Origin: Octopus sinensis
Taxonomy: Eukaryota
Assembly: GCF_006345805.1 (NCBI RefSeq)
Contig: NC_042999.1
Location: 58,590,001-58,654,000, forward strand
Direction of reading: 5' to 3'
DNA length: 64,000 bases
The notes beneath the pieces are model-generated. The model did not search any database. It worked only from the letters and a program-made list of their open reading frames with translations, and was not told where the DNA came from. This document shows, one piece after another, positions 53,636 through 64,000 of this stretch (position 1 is its first letter; every line of letters begins with the position of its first letter). Made by a program: the position numbers and the translations under genes.

Positions 53636-54469
53636 ATATATATATACATATATATATACATACATATATGTTATAGAGATAGAGACATAGACGAAGACGG
53701 TGAATAATAAAAAGATAGGATGACAGCAAAAGAAAGCAACCGACACATTTGCATATGATTGCGTAAAGTAATTAAATGTTGTAGTCTCAGATACAAGACA
53801 CTTATGTAAGATGAAGAAATTTATAAATGAGGTTACGATAACTGAATAACAGTTTTTTTTATTAAATTAAGTCGAGTAGATATGATCTAATTTCAATTCA
53901 AATGCATATACTGTTTGAATTGCTCTCTTCCAGCTGTAGCAATGCGATTCCTTCCTTTCTCGGGCCCCGAACTTCTAATATGTCGTTGTGGAATTGTCGT
54001 TAGCGGTTTCTCATGAGCATTTTGAAATTGGTGGAGCGCATCCCTTGCAATTTAAACACATTTGTTTACTTTAAGAGAGAAGGAGATAGATAGAAATATA
54101 GCTAGCTAGATAGAGAAAGAGAGAGAGAGAGAAAGAAGAAAAGAGTGAGAGAGAGAGAGAGAGAAAAGAGAGGGGAAAATGGAGAAGAAGGATCGACACC
54201 ATTACTTGTACTTTATTGGTCTGAAAAAGTTTAAAGGCTTAACCAACCTGACCACAGTTGTATTTGATCGTATAGGTCCAAAGACTAGAAATTCGTCGCT
54301 CTGGAAACTCAGCTGATTCGCCGCCTTGTAGGTAATGCAATGGTTGCACACACACACATACACATACACAAACACACGCGCACACAGACATATGTGAGTG
54401 TGTGTGTGTGTGTGCATATATGTGTATTTCACGGAAACGTTTCTAACCTTACTTTCACTTCTTTTTTCT

Positions 54470-54529
<60 letters not shown>

Positions 54530-55458
54530 ATATATGAATGTATGTATACATCATGTATACACAAGTACATACACACGTACACAAACAGACTCGCGCACGC
54601 ACATATATGTATGAATGTATACCGAGGTTATTTTACTGAAAAAGGTAATGCATTATTTCCTCGCACATCGCATTTCGTTCACTTGGCTTATTTCTTTCTC
54701 CTGAAATGCAAATGCAGCCAATAAATTCAAAGCCTCTGCTGTTGTTTAGCAACGTACCAGTCCTCATTGAGTAGATTTATGTAGAAAGGCATTCCACCTC
54801 TGATCATCGCGTCTTTTCTTATACCCAGGTTCTAAATTACGCATTATCAAATATCTCCTTTCTTTTATAAAGATGGTATGGAGAATTAGTTGATTTATTC
54901 CCGTAATATGTTAAACGATCACTCGTCGTTGGAATCTAAACTAATTTCGGATGCAGTTACTTGTATATTATGGCCTTGAATACGGTGCAAGTATTAGAAT
55001 AATACCGACATTGTATATACTCCGATTCTACTGCTGGTTCTCAAAGAAACATCGTAGACCGTATCTAAGAAAAAGTTACATGCCTGATTGCCAAAATTTA
55101 CTCACAAACCGGTGACAATCACTTCACTTGGCCATTGATTCACTTTCTCCAGCTCTGCCTCAACAAAGAACATTAAAGCTTCTACCCTCTGAACTAAGAA
55201 ACTCCGCGTTTCCTCTACCTAAGCTCACACTTTATCTTCTACACTTCGTCTCCAATGAATCTTATCTGGAAACCTTGCTCTAGCTTCTTGTTATTTTCTA
55301 AAACGTCAACTCACATCCACCTATTTACTTTCTATTAACGTTGTTGGTGTTTATCTTCCTATCAGCCTTGATCGAATAAACTCCAAGTTAATGGCATTCC
55401 AGTAATGCCCATTCTAACATATTTTCAGGAATAATTTCACTACCACTATCTTGTAATG

Positions 55459-55806
55459 TGAAGGCGCCAGGTGGCTTCGTGGTTAGAGCGTCGGGCTAAT
55501 AATTATGCGGTAGTGAGTTCGATTCCCGGACCGGGCAGTGTATGTGTTCTTGAGCGAGAAATTCTTTTACACATTGTTGTAGTTTACTCATCTATAGAAA
55601 TTAGATGCGACGTCTCTGGTGCCAATCTGTATCGGCCTTTGCTTTTCCATTTGGACAGCATCAGTGGCATGGAGAGAGGAGGATGATATGCATGGACGGC
55701 TGCTGGTCTTCCGCAGAGAACCTTAACCGTAATTGTGCCTCGGAGGGTAACTTTCTAGGTGCAATCCCATTGTCATTCATGACTGAAGGGGGTCTTTGAC
55801 CTTTAC
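55459..55806 (+). mobile_element. SINE group C (body type 2), near full length
   Basis: tggcttcgtggttagagcg A-box, gagttcgattcccgg B-box; the body is shared with 24917-25202. Confidence 0.85.
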
Positions 55807-56359
55807 CTTGTGTTTCCTTTTTTAAGACGGTACGGGTGTTTCCTTTTTTAAGACGGTACGGGTGATACAAGGGTAATTTGGAAGCCATTCCTGTCAGGTC
55901 GAGCCATATCATAAAGGTGTCCCCGTAGGGCTTCTTCCGATCATGATTCAACTATAGACATCAATAAGAAGAACTCAAAACAAAGCTAAACTTGCTAGAA
56001 ATAGCAATAAAATATCCTTGATATCGCGCCCTACTGTCTAAGAAAAGGACACTCTAGGACATGTGGCCTTCGATTCTATGAGAATAAGAAAAGGCTGTTG
56101 AACTAATTCTGAACTAGAGTTAAGGAAGGACAAGAACAAGAAGAAAAACAACTAAAAGAAGTTCATATTGAACATTAATTACATCGAAATTACAAAGTGG
56201 AGAGGCCTTTAAAAATCACACTTTCCGTTCCTTTTAGTTCAAAATTGATTAAAAAATCATAAAGACCACACGTAGATCATAAAGACCACCAGTCGATTCC
56301 AAGTTCCAGCTATCGTGCAAAACAGATTCTTTCTAAAGTGGCGTCTTCTTCCACGTCTT

Positions 56360-56725
56360 CTTCGCTTGCAACCACGTGAGTTCGAGTTCAGTTCTACCGC
56401 GCGGTAACTTGGGCAAGTGTCTTCTACTATAGCCCTGGACCGACCAATGCTTTGTGAGTGAATTTGGTAGACAGAAATTGTGTGAAAGCTCATCGTTAAT
56501 ATGCATATATGTGTGTGTGTATCTTTGTGTTTGTGTGTTGTTACCCATTGTGTGTTGACAACTAGTGTTGGTGTGTTTACATTTCCATAATTTAGCGGTT
56601 CGGCAAATGATACTGATAGAATAAGTACTAGACTTAAAAAATCTGTTAAACTAAAACACTCACTTCATGGCGGCTCCGCAGAATGGCCGCAGTCCAATGA
56701 CTGAAACAAGTAAAGTATATAAGAA
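56360..56725 (+). mobile_element. SINE group A, diverged copy
   Basis: cttgggcaagtgtcttctactatagccc...ttagcggttcggcaaa...atgactgaaacaagtaaag. Confidence 0.8.
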
Positions 56726-56894
56726 TAACAATAGCAACACCTTCAAATTCTTTACCTTAGTATCTATGATGCTCTTTTGTGATAACTACATATAACCCCG
56801 TATCCAAATTTGCATAATAGAAATTGGATTCTTCAAATCACCAGGACCACTTCATGTGTATAATTCTGTTAACGCTATAAAAAATAAGGATAAA

Positions 56895-57140
56895 TCTCCT
56901 TCCCGTGTAATATAGACACTTAGGGCCAGTTTCCTGGTTTCCGTGGCGTATATATTCCCTAGCTGAACGAGACGCCAGTCCCTCGCAGGAAAACTCCCTT
57001 TTGCGAGCTGAGTGAACTGGGGCAACGAGAGGTGAAGTGTTTTGCTCAGGAACACAACACATCCCTCCGGTCCAGGAATCGAAACCACAATCTTACGATC
57101 ATGAGTCAAACACCCTAACCCCTAAGCCACGCGCCTTCAC
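56895..57140 (-). mobile_element. SINE group C (body type 3)
   Basis: Head gtgaaggcgcgtggcttag..gttagggtg, gtttcgattcc B-box, gttcctgagcaaaacactt core, distinct body cctgcgagggactggcgtc...gaaaccaggaaactggccc. Confidence 0.8.
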
Positions 57141-57251
57141 CATTAACATTATAGAAGCACCAAATCCCTACTGAAATATGGAATGGCTCACAGTTGTGAA
57201 ACAGTGCTACTACTACAGGTTTGTATCATAAAAGGTGGTATATCTGATGAA

Positions 57252-57484
57252 ATGGCGGTGAGCTGGCAGAGTCTTTAGCACGCCGGGCGAAATGCTTAGC
57301 GGTATTTCGTCTGCCTTTACGTTCTGAGTTCAAATTCTGCCGAGGTCGACTTTGCCTTTCATCCTTTCGGGGTCGATAAATTAAGTACCAGTTACGCACT
57401 GGGATCGATGTAATCGACTTAATCCGTTTGTCTGTCCTTGTTTGTCCCCTCTATGTTTAGCTCCTTGTGGGTAGTAAAGAAATA
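57252..57484 (+). mobile_element. SINE group B monomer with 15-bp TSD
   Basis: TSD ggtata(t/c)ctgatgaa at 57237-57251 and 57485-57499. Confidence 0.92.
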
Positions 57485-57914
57485 GGTATACCTGATGAAT
57501 AAGCTTTCACCTAACAAGACCCAATAAAAATACTTGTCTACGAGCACACCTGCATACCTCTATGTGGTCTCTCGGTGTGTTGCAAATAGGAGGAAAATCT
57601 TTCTCATATTACACGCGGCAGCCTGAGAAATGGAGGAACCATTGAATAAAGTAACTGTTAGATGTACTATCCTTTGCCTAAAAAGAAAATAAAGAAAAAT
57701 GCAATTGGTACGGCTACAAAGTTTTGATCATAGATCTATGACGCTGACACCACCACCGACGCTGACACCACCACTACCGCCGCCACCACCACCACCACCA
57801 CCACCACCACCATGTCTGTCACCACTACCACCACTACCAGTGTTTCTACTGCAACATCCGTCACCGCAAACCTCCAGCTATGACAGTCAGCTATTACAAC
57901 GTCCTGCAGCTGCG

Positions 57915-58290
57915 TGGAGGCGCAATGGCCCAATGGTTAGGGTTGCGGACTCGCGGTCGGAGGATCGCGGTTTCGTTGTGTGTGTTTATTGAGCGAAGAC
58001 ACCTAAAGCTCCACGAGGCTCCGGCAGGGGGTGGTGGCGATCCCTGTTGTACTCTTTCGCTCCAACTTTCTCTCACTCTTTCTTCCTGTTTCTTGTCCCC
58101 GACTTCCTACACAACCGATGAGCCTGGATGCGCATTCATCCATCCGTCGATGCTCTCGGTGTCGGGGGTTGACCTGCTTTCTCTTCTTACGAATAGCAAA
58201 GAACCACGTTTCGGACTTCTCCCATCTTGCGAGCTCTGGGACGAAGACCGTTCGCTCAACAGCAACAGCAACCTGCAGCTGCAATCATTA
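57915..58290 (+). mobile_element. SINE group C-related (body type 4)
   Basis: Head gtggaggcgcaatggcccaatggttaggg...ggactcgcggtcg is shared with 24229. It has a distinct pyrimidine-rich body and a short (caa/cag) tail. Confidence 0.75.
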
Positions 58291-58811
58291 TTTCTTGTGT
58301 CCATCTCTCCCCTTAAAATACATCATACACTATCCTTTCCTCAAGCCATGCCTATAAATTCTATGATATCCAATTGATTATTGTATAGATTACTCACAAG
58401 AGAAAGGGCAGCGCTCACGAATTCTTTTTACAGAATCTCTGAAAAAACAAGAGACATGGTCCTAATGCGTGTAACGGACTGATTCCAGTAAATACAGCCA
58501 AATGACAGGTATTTGTATCCGGTTGGGTAACTAACTCCGGACATGAGCAGTCCTTTCCGTGTGCTCTCTCACAGCTTCAATCTCTCCAATTTTACTTCCA
58601 CTGTTTGAATCGAGTCAGGACTATGGTGGAAAACTCTTACCCAAGATGCCATGCAAAAGTGAATTTCTTAAGTGCACGACCAAATTTTATGCAACGATGA
58701 AACTTGAATAGAATATTTGACACACTGACTATATGAGAGTGGTGCAAAAGTTCTCATATCACAAGGCGTGAAGATCACAGAAGTCTATGCACACAAACTT
58801 TTTATGCATTA

Positions 58812-59190
58812 TTCTTTTACTCCTTTACTCTTTTGATTGTTTCAGTGATTTGACTGTCGCCATGCTGTGGCACCGCCTTTAGTCGAGCAAATCGACCCCA
58901 GGGCTTATTCTATCGGTATCCTTTGCCGAACCGCTAGGTTACGGGGATGTAAACACACCAACATCGGTTGTCAAGCGATGTTGAGGGACAAACACAGACA
59001 CACAAACATATACACACACGTACATATATAATATATATATATATACACACATACATACATACATACATACATATATACGACGGGCTTTGGTTGGCCTGAA
59101 GCTATAGTAGAAGACACTTGCCCAAGGTGCCACGCAGTGGGACTGAACCCGGAACCATGTGGTTGGTAAGTAAGTTACTCCTGCACCTAT
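58812..59190 (-). mobile_element. SINE group A with internal deletions
   Basis: Tail ttttactcctttactcttttg through gggactgaacccggaaccatgtggttggtaag. Confidence 0.88.
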
Positions 59191-61062
59191 AGATTACTCA
59201 CAGGAGATTAAAGAATAAAACAAAATTCTTCACATGTATAAAGAATAGTGTATAAAGAATGATGTATAAAGGATAATGAATATGACGTTCTGAGAACTAT
59301 CAAAACGTCTGCTCAATCTTTTTTCTTTTTATTAGTTTGCTTTTACTAGTTTAATTCATTTAGTTTTACTAATTTCACGATCTGAACTGCGATTATGCTG
59401 GAGTACCACTTCTAATGATTGTCGCTTGTAATTATATTGTCGCTTGTAATTTCATCCATTACAAAAGAGACGAAATGTTTAAAGTCAATCTTGGTGTTAA
59501 GTTGGACTAAACGAAACAATGAATCTGTATTTGAGTTTTACATGCACACATATAGAAACACAACTCACGCGTGCACACATACATGCAGTCAAAAACGCAT
59601 ACATTACAGCGGTTTTCCGCAGAGGTTTCTCTCTCGAAATTTTACTGAGAAAGTATAAATCAACTCGATGCTAATATACACAAGACACTTGCCCAAAGTC
59701 TTTCAAGTCTTTCACTGTGAAATCGAATCAGGTATCCCATGATAAGACAACGAATTTTTTAACCACACAGCCTTGCATGTGCCCCAAAACATATATAACT
59801 CCACGAATTAAATTATACATATATAACTTCACGAATTAATTCTATTACTTTGCCTTTCAATCATTAACTATTTAATCAGTTAAGATGTCTTTTATTTTCT
59901 ATTAGCCATAAGAAAATACCGTTGTCTATAGATTAATTGGAACTGAAATTACATGATTTTGTTTACGGTTTCATAAAGCTTTTAAAGTCCATTTAAAGAG
60001 ATAAATTCTGTTCCAAGAACATCGTATAGTTTTACATTTCCCTACATCAATACAGAATATTGAATTTATCATTCGTCTCTTAATGCCGTAGTAAACTCTT
60101 GTATTTTAAATTAAAAGAACTTACTATTCCTGGCTCGAAACGAAGAGTTCATTTGAAATGTTAATGCAATATTTGTTTAACAAGTTATTCACTTAGCAAG
60201 TTCATTTGTCCATTTAAGTTGCCAAACTTGAAAGCCACCGAAGTGTCATAGATTTACAAAACTTGTTGCATTTGCAATCTTGTTGACCTCCTCTTTCTTT
60301 TACTTTCATCCTTCTCTCCTCTCTCTTTCCATTTCTATCTCTTTTCGCACCTCTTGGAATTTTTATTTTTCTCTTCGTCGGTCAATATCTCTTGCTACAT
60401 ACACTCATGGGACTATATGAATATTTATACCTACTAAATACGCAATCACTCACATACCTATAAATACACACACACACACACACACACACACGTGTACACA
60501 GACACATACACACAGACACACAGACACGCACGCACACACACACACACACTCACACACACACACACACACACACTATGAGAGTACCCGGAATTGTTCAAGT
60601 AAGAAAGTGGCTGTAAAACGTAAATGAATTAAACTAGTAAAACTAAATTAATAGAATGAAAATATTGGTCTAATTCAAACATCTCAAAAAAAAACAAAAA
60701 AAAAAAAAACAAAGACCGGATTAAGTTAATCTGAATGCTATGTTATAAAAATTTGGAAATAATATTGAAATAATATTATTACTTATTCATGAAATCCTTC
60801 AATTCTAAAAGTAATTTGAAACAAGAGCAGAAGCCCAGAGAGTCGGAAAGGTAAATAATTCATAGAAACAGACTTATCGTTACAACATTTGGAAAGCGAG
60901 GTGTCTAGAGGAAACACACATCCAAATATTGGAACTGCCCTGAAAAATAAATGGTATTAAGAATCACGATGAATCCCTGCTTATATGGTATTAGATCTGT
61001 ACCTATTATCACCTTGATAATTTTCAACATTTCCGTATATACCGAAATCATAGATACAATAT

Positions 61063-61646
61063 TCTTTTCTACTCTAGGCACAAGGCCCGAAATTTATGGG
61101 GAGGAGGCCAGTCGATTAGATCGACTCCAGTACGCAACTGGTGCTTAGTATATCGACCCTGACAGGATGAAAAGCAAAGTCGACCTTGGCGGAATTTTAA
61201 CTCAAATCGTAAAGACAGACGAAATACCTATTTCTATTTCTTTACTACCCACAAGGGGCTAAACACAGAGGAAACAAACAACGACAGACAAACGGATTAA
61301 GTCGATTATAGCGACCCCAGTGTGTAACTGGTACTTTATTTAATCGACCCCGAAAGGATGAAAGGCAAAGTCGATCTCGGCGGAATTTGGACTCAGAACG
61401 TAGCGGCAGATGAAATACATATTTCTTTATTACCTACATGGGGCTAAACATAGAGGGGACAAACAAGGACAGACATAGGTATTAAGTCGATTATATCGAC
61501 CCCAGTGCGTAACTGGTACTTAATGTATCGACCCCGAAAGGATGAAAGACAAAGTCAACCTCGGCGGAATTTGAACTCAGAACGTAGCGGCAGACGAAAT
61601 ACCGCAAAGCATTTCGCCCGGCGTGCTAACGTTTCTGCCAGCTCGC
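61063..61646 (-). mobile_element. SINE group B trimer (terminal unit has the alternative tail), imperfect 13-bp TSD
   Basis: Three central domains. TSD ata(g/a)atacaata(t/c) at 61050-61062 and 61648-61660. Confidence 0.9.
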
Positions 61647-61854
61647 AATAAATACAATACTATAGCATTCGTTGGTTGTCTGGCGTCATGTGAGAGAAAC
61701 AAAATCTGTGTAACGATGATTTATGCTGTAACAATGTCTTGGGGCCTATTGGAGGAAGGTCTTTAATATGGCTGAAGAGTCAGCAGAGGTTTTCTCAAGA
61801 TGGCTGTGGTTCAGAAGCGAGCTCTAGAAATGGCAGTACCGTAAGAGCTATGTA

Positions 61855-61956
<102 letters not shown>

Positions 61957-62511
61957 CATACATACATGTATACATACATACATACATGTATACATACGTG
62001 CGTGTGTATATACATAAATAAGTATTTATATGTTTATATCTATATCCATATACATGCATACGTATATGTGTGTGGGTGTATGTATGCCTTACGTTTCCGT
62101 TATCGCGTTGACACTTGTCATGTCTGAATAATTTACTTCCGTTCGCGTAAAGGCATTTGCAAACGTTTACATATTTCAATGTGTTTATTCTAAACCAGTC
62201 CTCAACCGCATGTTTTGTTTTTTACGCAAGTTGACTGTTGATTATATCATGCCTGCATTTCATATAAGTTTTACGTCTCATAACATTTCTCAAAAATATG
62301 TATACTTTGTGACCAACAGTTTTATCGCTATGTCTAACGAAAGTTAATCGTTCACACATTCATTTTGTTTTTGTCTTACAAATGATGATAAGCAAAATGA
62401 GAAGCGTAATTTATTACGTTTTAATTACTCTAAAATATTAGCCACCAATAATTTCATGATAAATATTCACTTCTTCAAGTATCGTTGCTTTATAAAAGTA
62501 CAAGAACTACA

Positions 62512-62547
<36 letters not shown>

Positions 62548-62654
62548 AAAATACGTACAACAGCGAAATTAATCATTTCGCCAGAGTCTACTCTCTATGC
62601 AAATTTAACTGTGATGTTTTTTCAACATTTCTCCTTTCCTTACTTAGCAATATC

Positions 62655-62755
62655 TCATCATCATCATCATCATCATCATCGTAATCGTCGTCGTCGTCGT
62701 CGTCATCATCATCATCATCGTTGTCGTCGTCATCATCATTATCATTATCATTATT

Positions 62756-62803
<48 letters not shown>

Positions 62804-62895
62804 GTTGTTGTTGTTGTTGTTGTTGTAGCTGTTGTTGTTGTTGTTGTTGTAGCTGTTGTTGTTGTTGTAGCTGTTGTTGTTGTTGTTGTTGCTGT
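62655..62895. repeat. Compound trinucleotide tract (TCA)n(TCG)n(TTA)n(TTG)n
   Basis: Directly visible. It explains the poly-H/R/Y/C ORF. Confidence 0.95.
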
Positions 62896-63475
62896 ACCTT
62901 CTTATCAGTTTTCCAATATAAACTCTAAATTGGAAAGAGACACATTATTTAAAAAAAAAATGTAATAAGATCAAGAACAAAATAAATCATAAATAAACGC
63001 AACAAAAGACAAAAAAAAAAAAAAGCCGCAAATTTTCAATAAAGTTTCGCGTTATTCTGTATACTTATTTATTCATTTATTAACATTTCCTGAACTGAAA
63101 AACTACAAGAACTAATTACTCTTTAATTTATCACTGTCTGGATCATGGAAAAGTCAACAAAGAAGAACTATATTAGACTTCCATAAAAATATACATGATT
63201 TTTGAATATTAAAATTCTTGCTCTCTATATATTGTATTCTTTATGTTTTGGTTTCATGATTATATTCTCGCTTTAAAGAACTTCATTGCAAACTGAAATA
63301 TTAAAAACAGGAATCATAATCAGACAAGCGTGTTACAAGTAGACATCTTGATGTTGTTATTGTTGTTGATGTTTAGTCCCAGGTCGGTTCCGATCAAGAA
63401 AATAAAAGCCTTTATAAACATAACGCTGTGTAAAGTGAACCTTTTCCCCCTATCTCTTTTTCCCTATATTTACAC

Positions 63476-63845
63476 AGGCGCATGCGTGGCTGTGTGGTAG
63501 GGAGCTTTCTTCCAAATCGCATGGCACCTTGGGCAAGTGTTTTCAACTATAGCCTCGGGTTGACCAAAGCCTTGGGAGAGGATTTGGTAGACGGAAACTG
63601 AAAGAAGCCCGTTGCCCATTTATATGTATATATCTATATGTGTGTGTGTCTTTGTCCTCCACCACCGCTTGACAATCGGTGTTGGTGTGTTTACGTTCCA
63701 GTAACATAGCGGTTCGGCTAAATAGAACGGTAAAATAAGTACTAAGTTTACAAAGAATGTCTTAGGGTCGGTTGAAATCCCTTCAAAGCAGTGCCCCAGC
63801 AACAGCTATAGTCAAATGACTGAAACAAGTAAAAGAATAAAAGTA
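63476..63845 (+). mobile_element. SINE group A variant
   Basis: gtggctgtgtggtag...ggcaccttgggcaagtgt...aatgactgaaacaagtaaaagaataaaag. Confidence 0.85.
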
Positions 63846-63851
63846 TATGTA

Positions 63852-64000
63852 ATGGGTCATCCCATAAATAATGCAGTTTTTTCAATTGCATGAACTAAAA
63901 TTTGGAGGGGGACGGGATAAACTACCTGCATCAACTTGCTATAAAAGCAGGTAGTAATTTTACTTTGTCTTTATTCTTAGTGAAAATTTTGAAGAGTGCA
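63852..64000 (+). mobile_element. Probable 5' end of another mariner element, running off the window
   Basis: ta|atgggtcatcccataaat... resembles the 29949 TIR (ggtcatcccgtaagt). A tataaaa lies between short inverted repeats actacctgc/gcaggtagt. Confidence 0.45.

Overview
AT-rich eukaryotic non-coding DNA, most likely intergenic or intronic sequence from a coleoid cephalopod such as Octopus. That assignment is inferred from the SINE repertoire and the extreme microsatellite density; it is not provable here. I find no intact host gene: almost every ORF in the supplied track is a translated microsatellite or SINE. The window is a graveyard of mobile DNA. It holds three groups of tRNA-derived SINEs, many with target-site duplications and nested insertions. 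It also holds three restriction-like-endonuclease (R4/Dong-type) LINE fragments sitting in microsatellites, L1/Tx1-, CR1- and RTE-like remnants, three mariner pieces (one a complete deletion derivative with perfect 30-bp TIRs), a Helitron Rep-helicase remnant and a short non-autonomous Helitron. The most notable signals are four. (i) A textbook minimal hammerhead ribozyme at 16706-16748, plus several variant hammerhead-like motifs, each in a short Penelope-like terminal repeat, most within (TA)n tracts. (ii) A SINE that occurs as multimers of a ~184-bp unit, whose insertion targets begin with the same bases as its internal junctions. (iii) A Helitron with an 18-bp perfect terminal hairpin nested in a LINE end. 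(iv) A possible decayed CAMK-group kinase N-lobe. All family names come from motif recognition by eye, not from database searches, and most boundaries are approximate.
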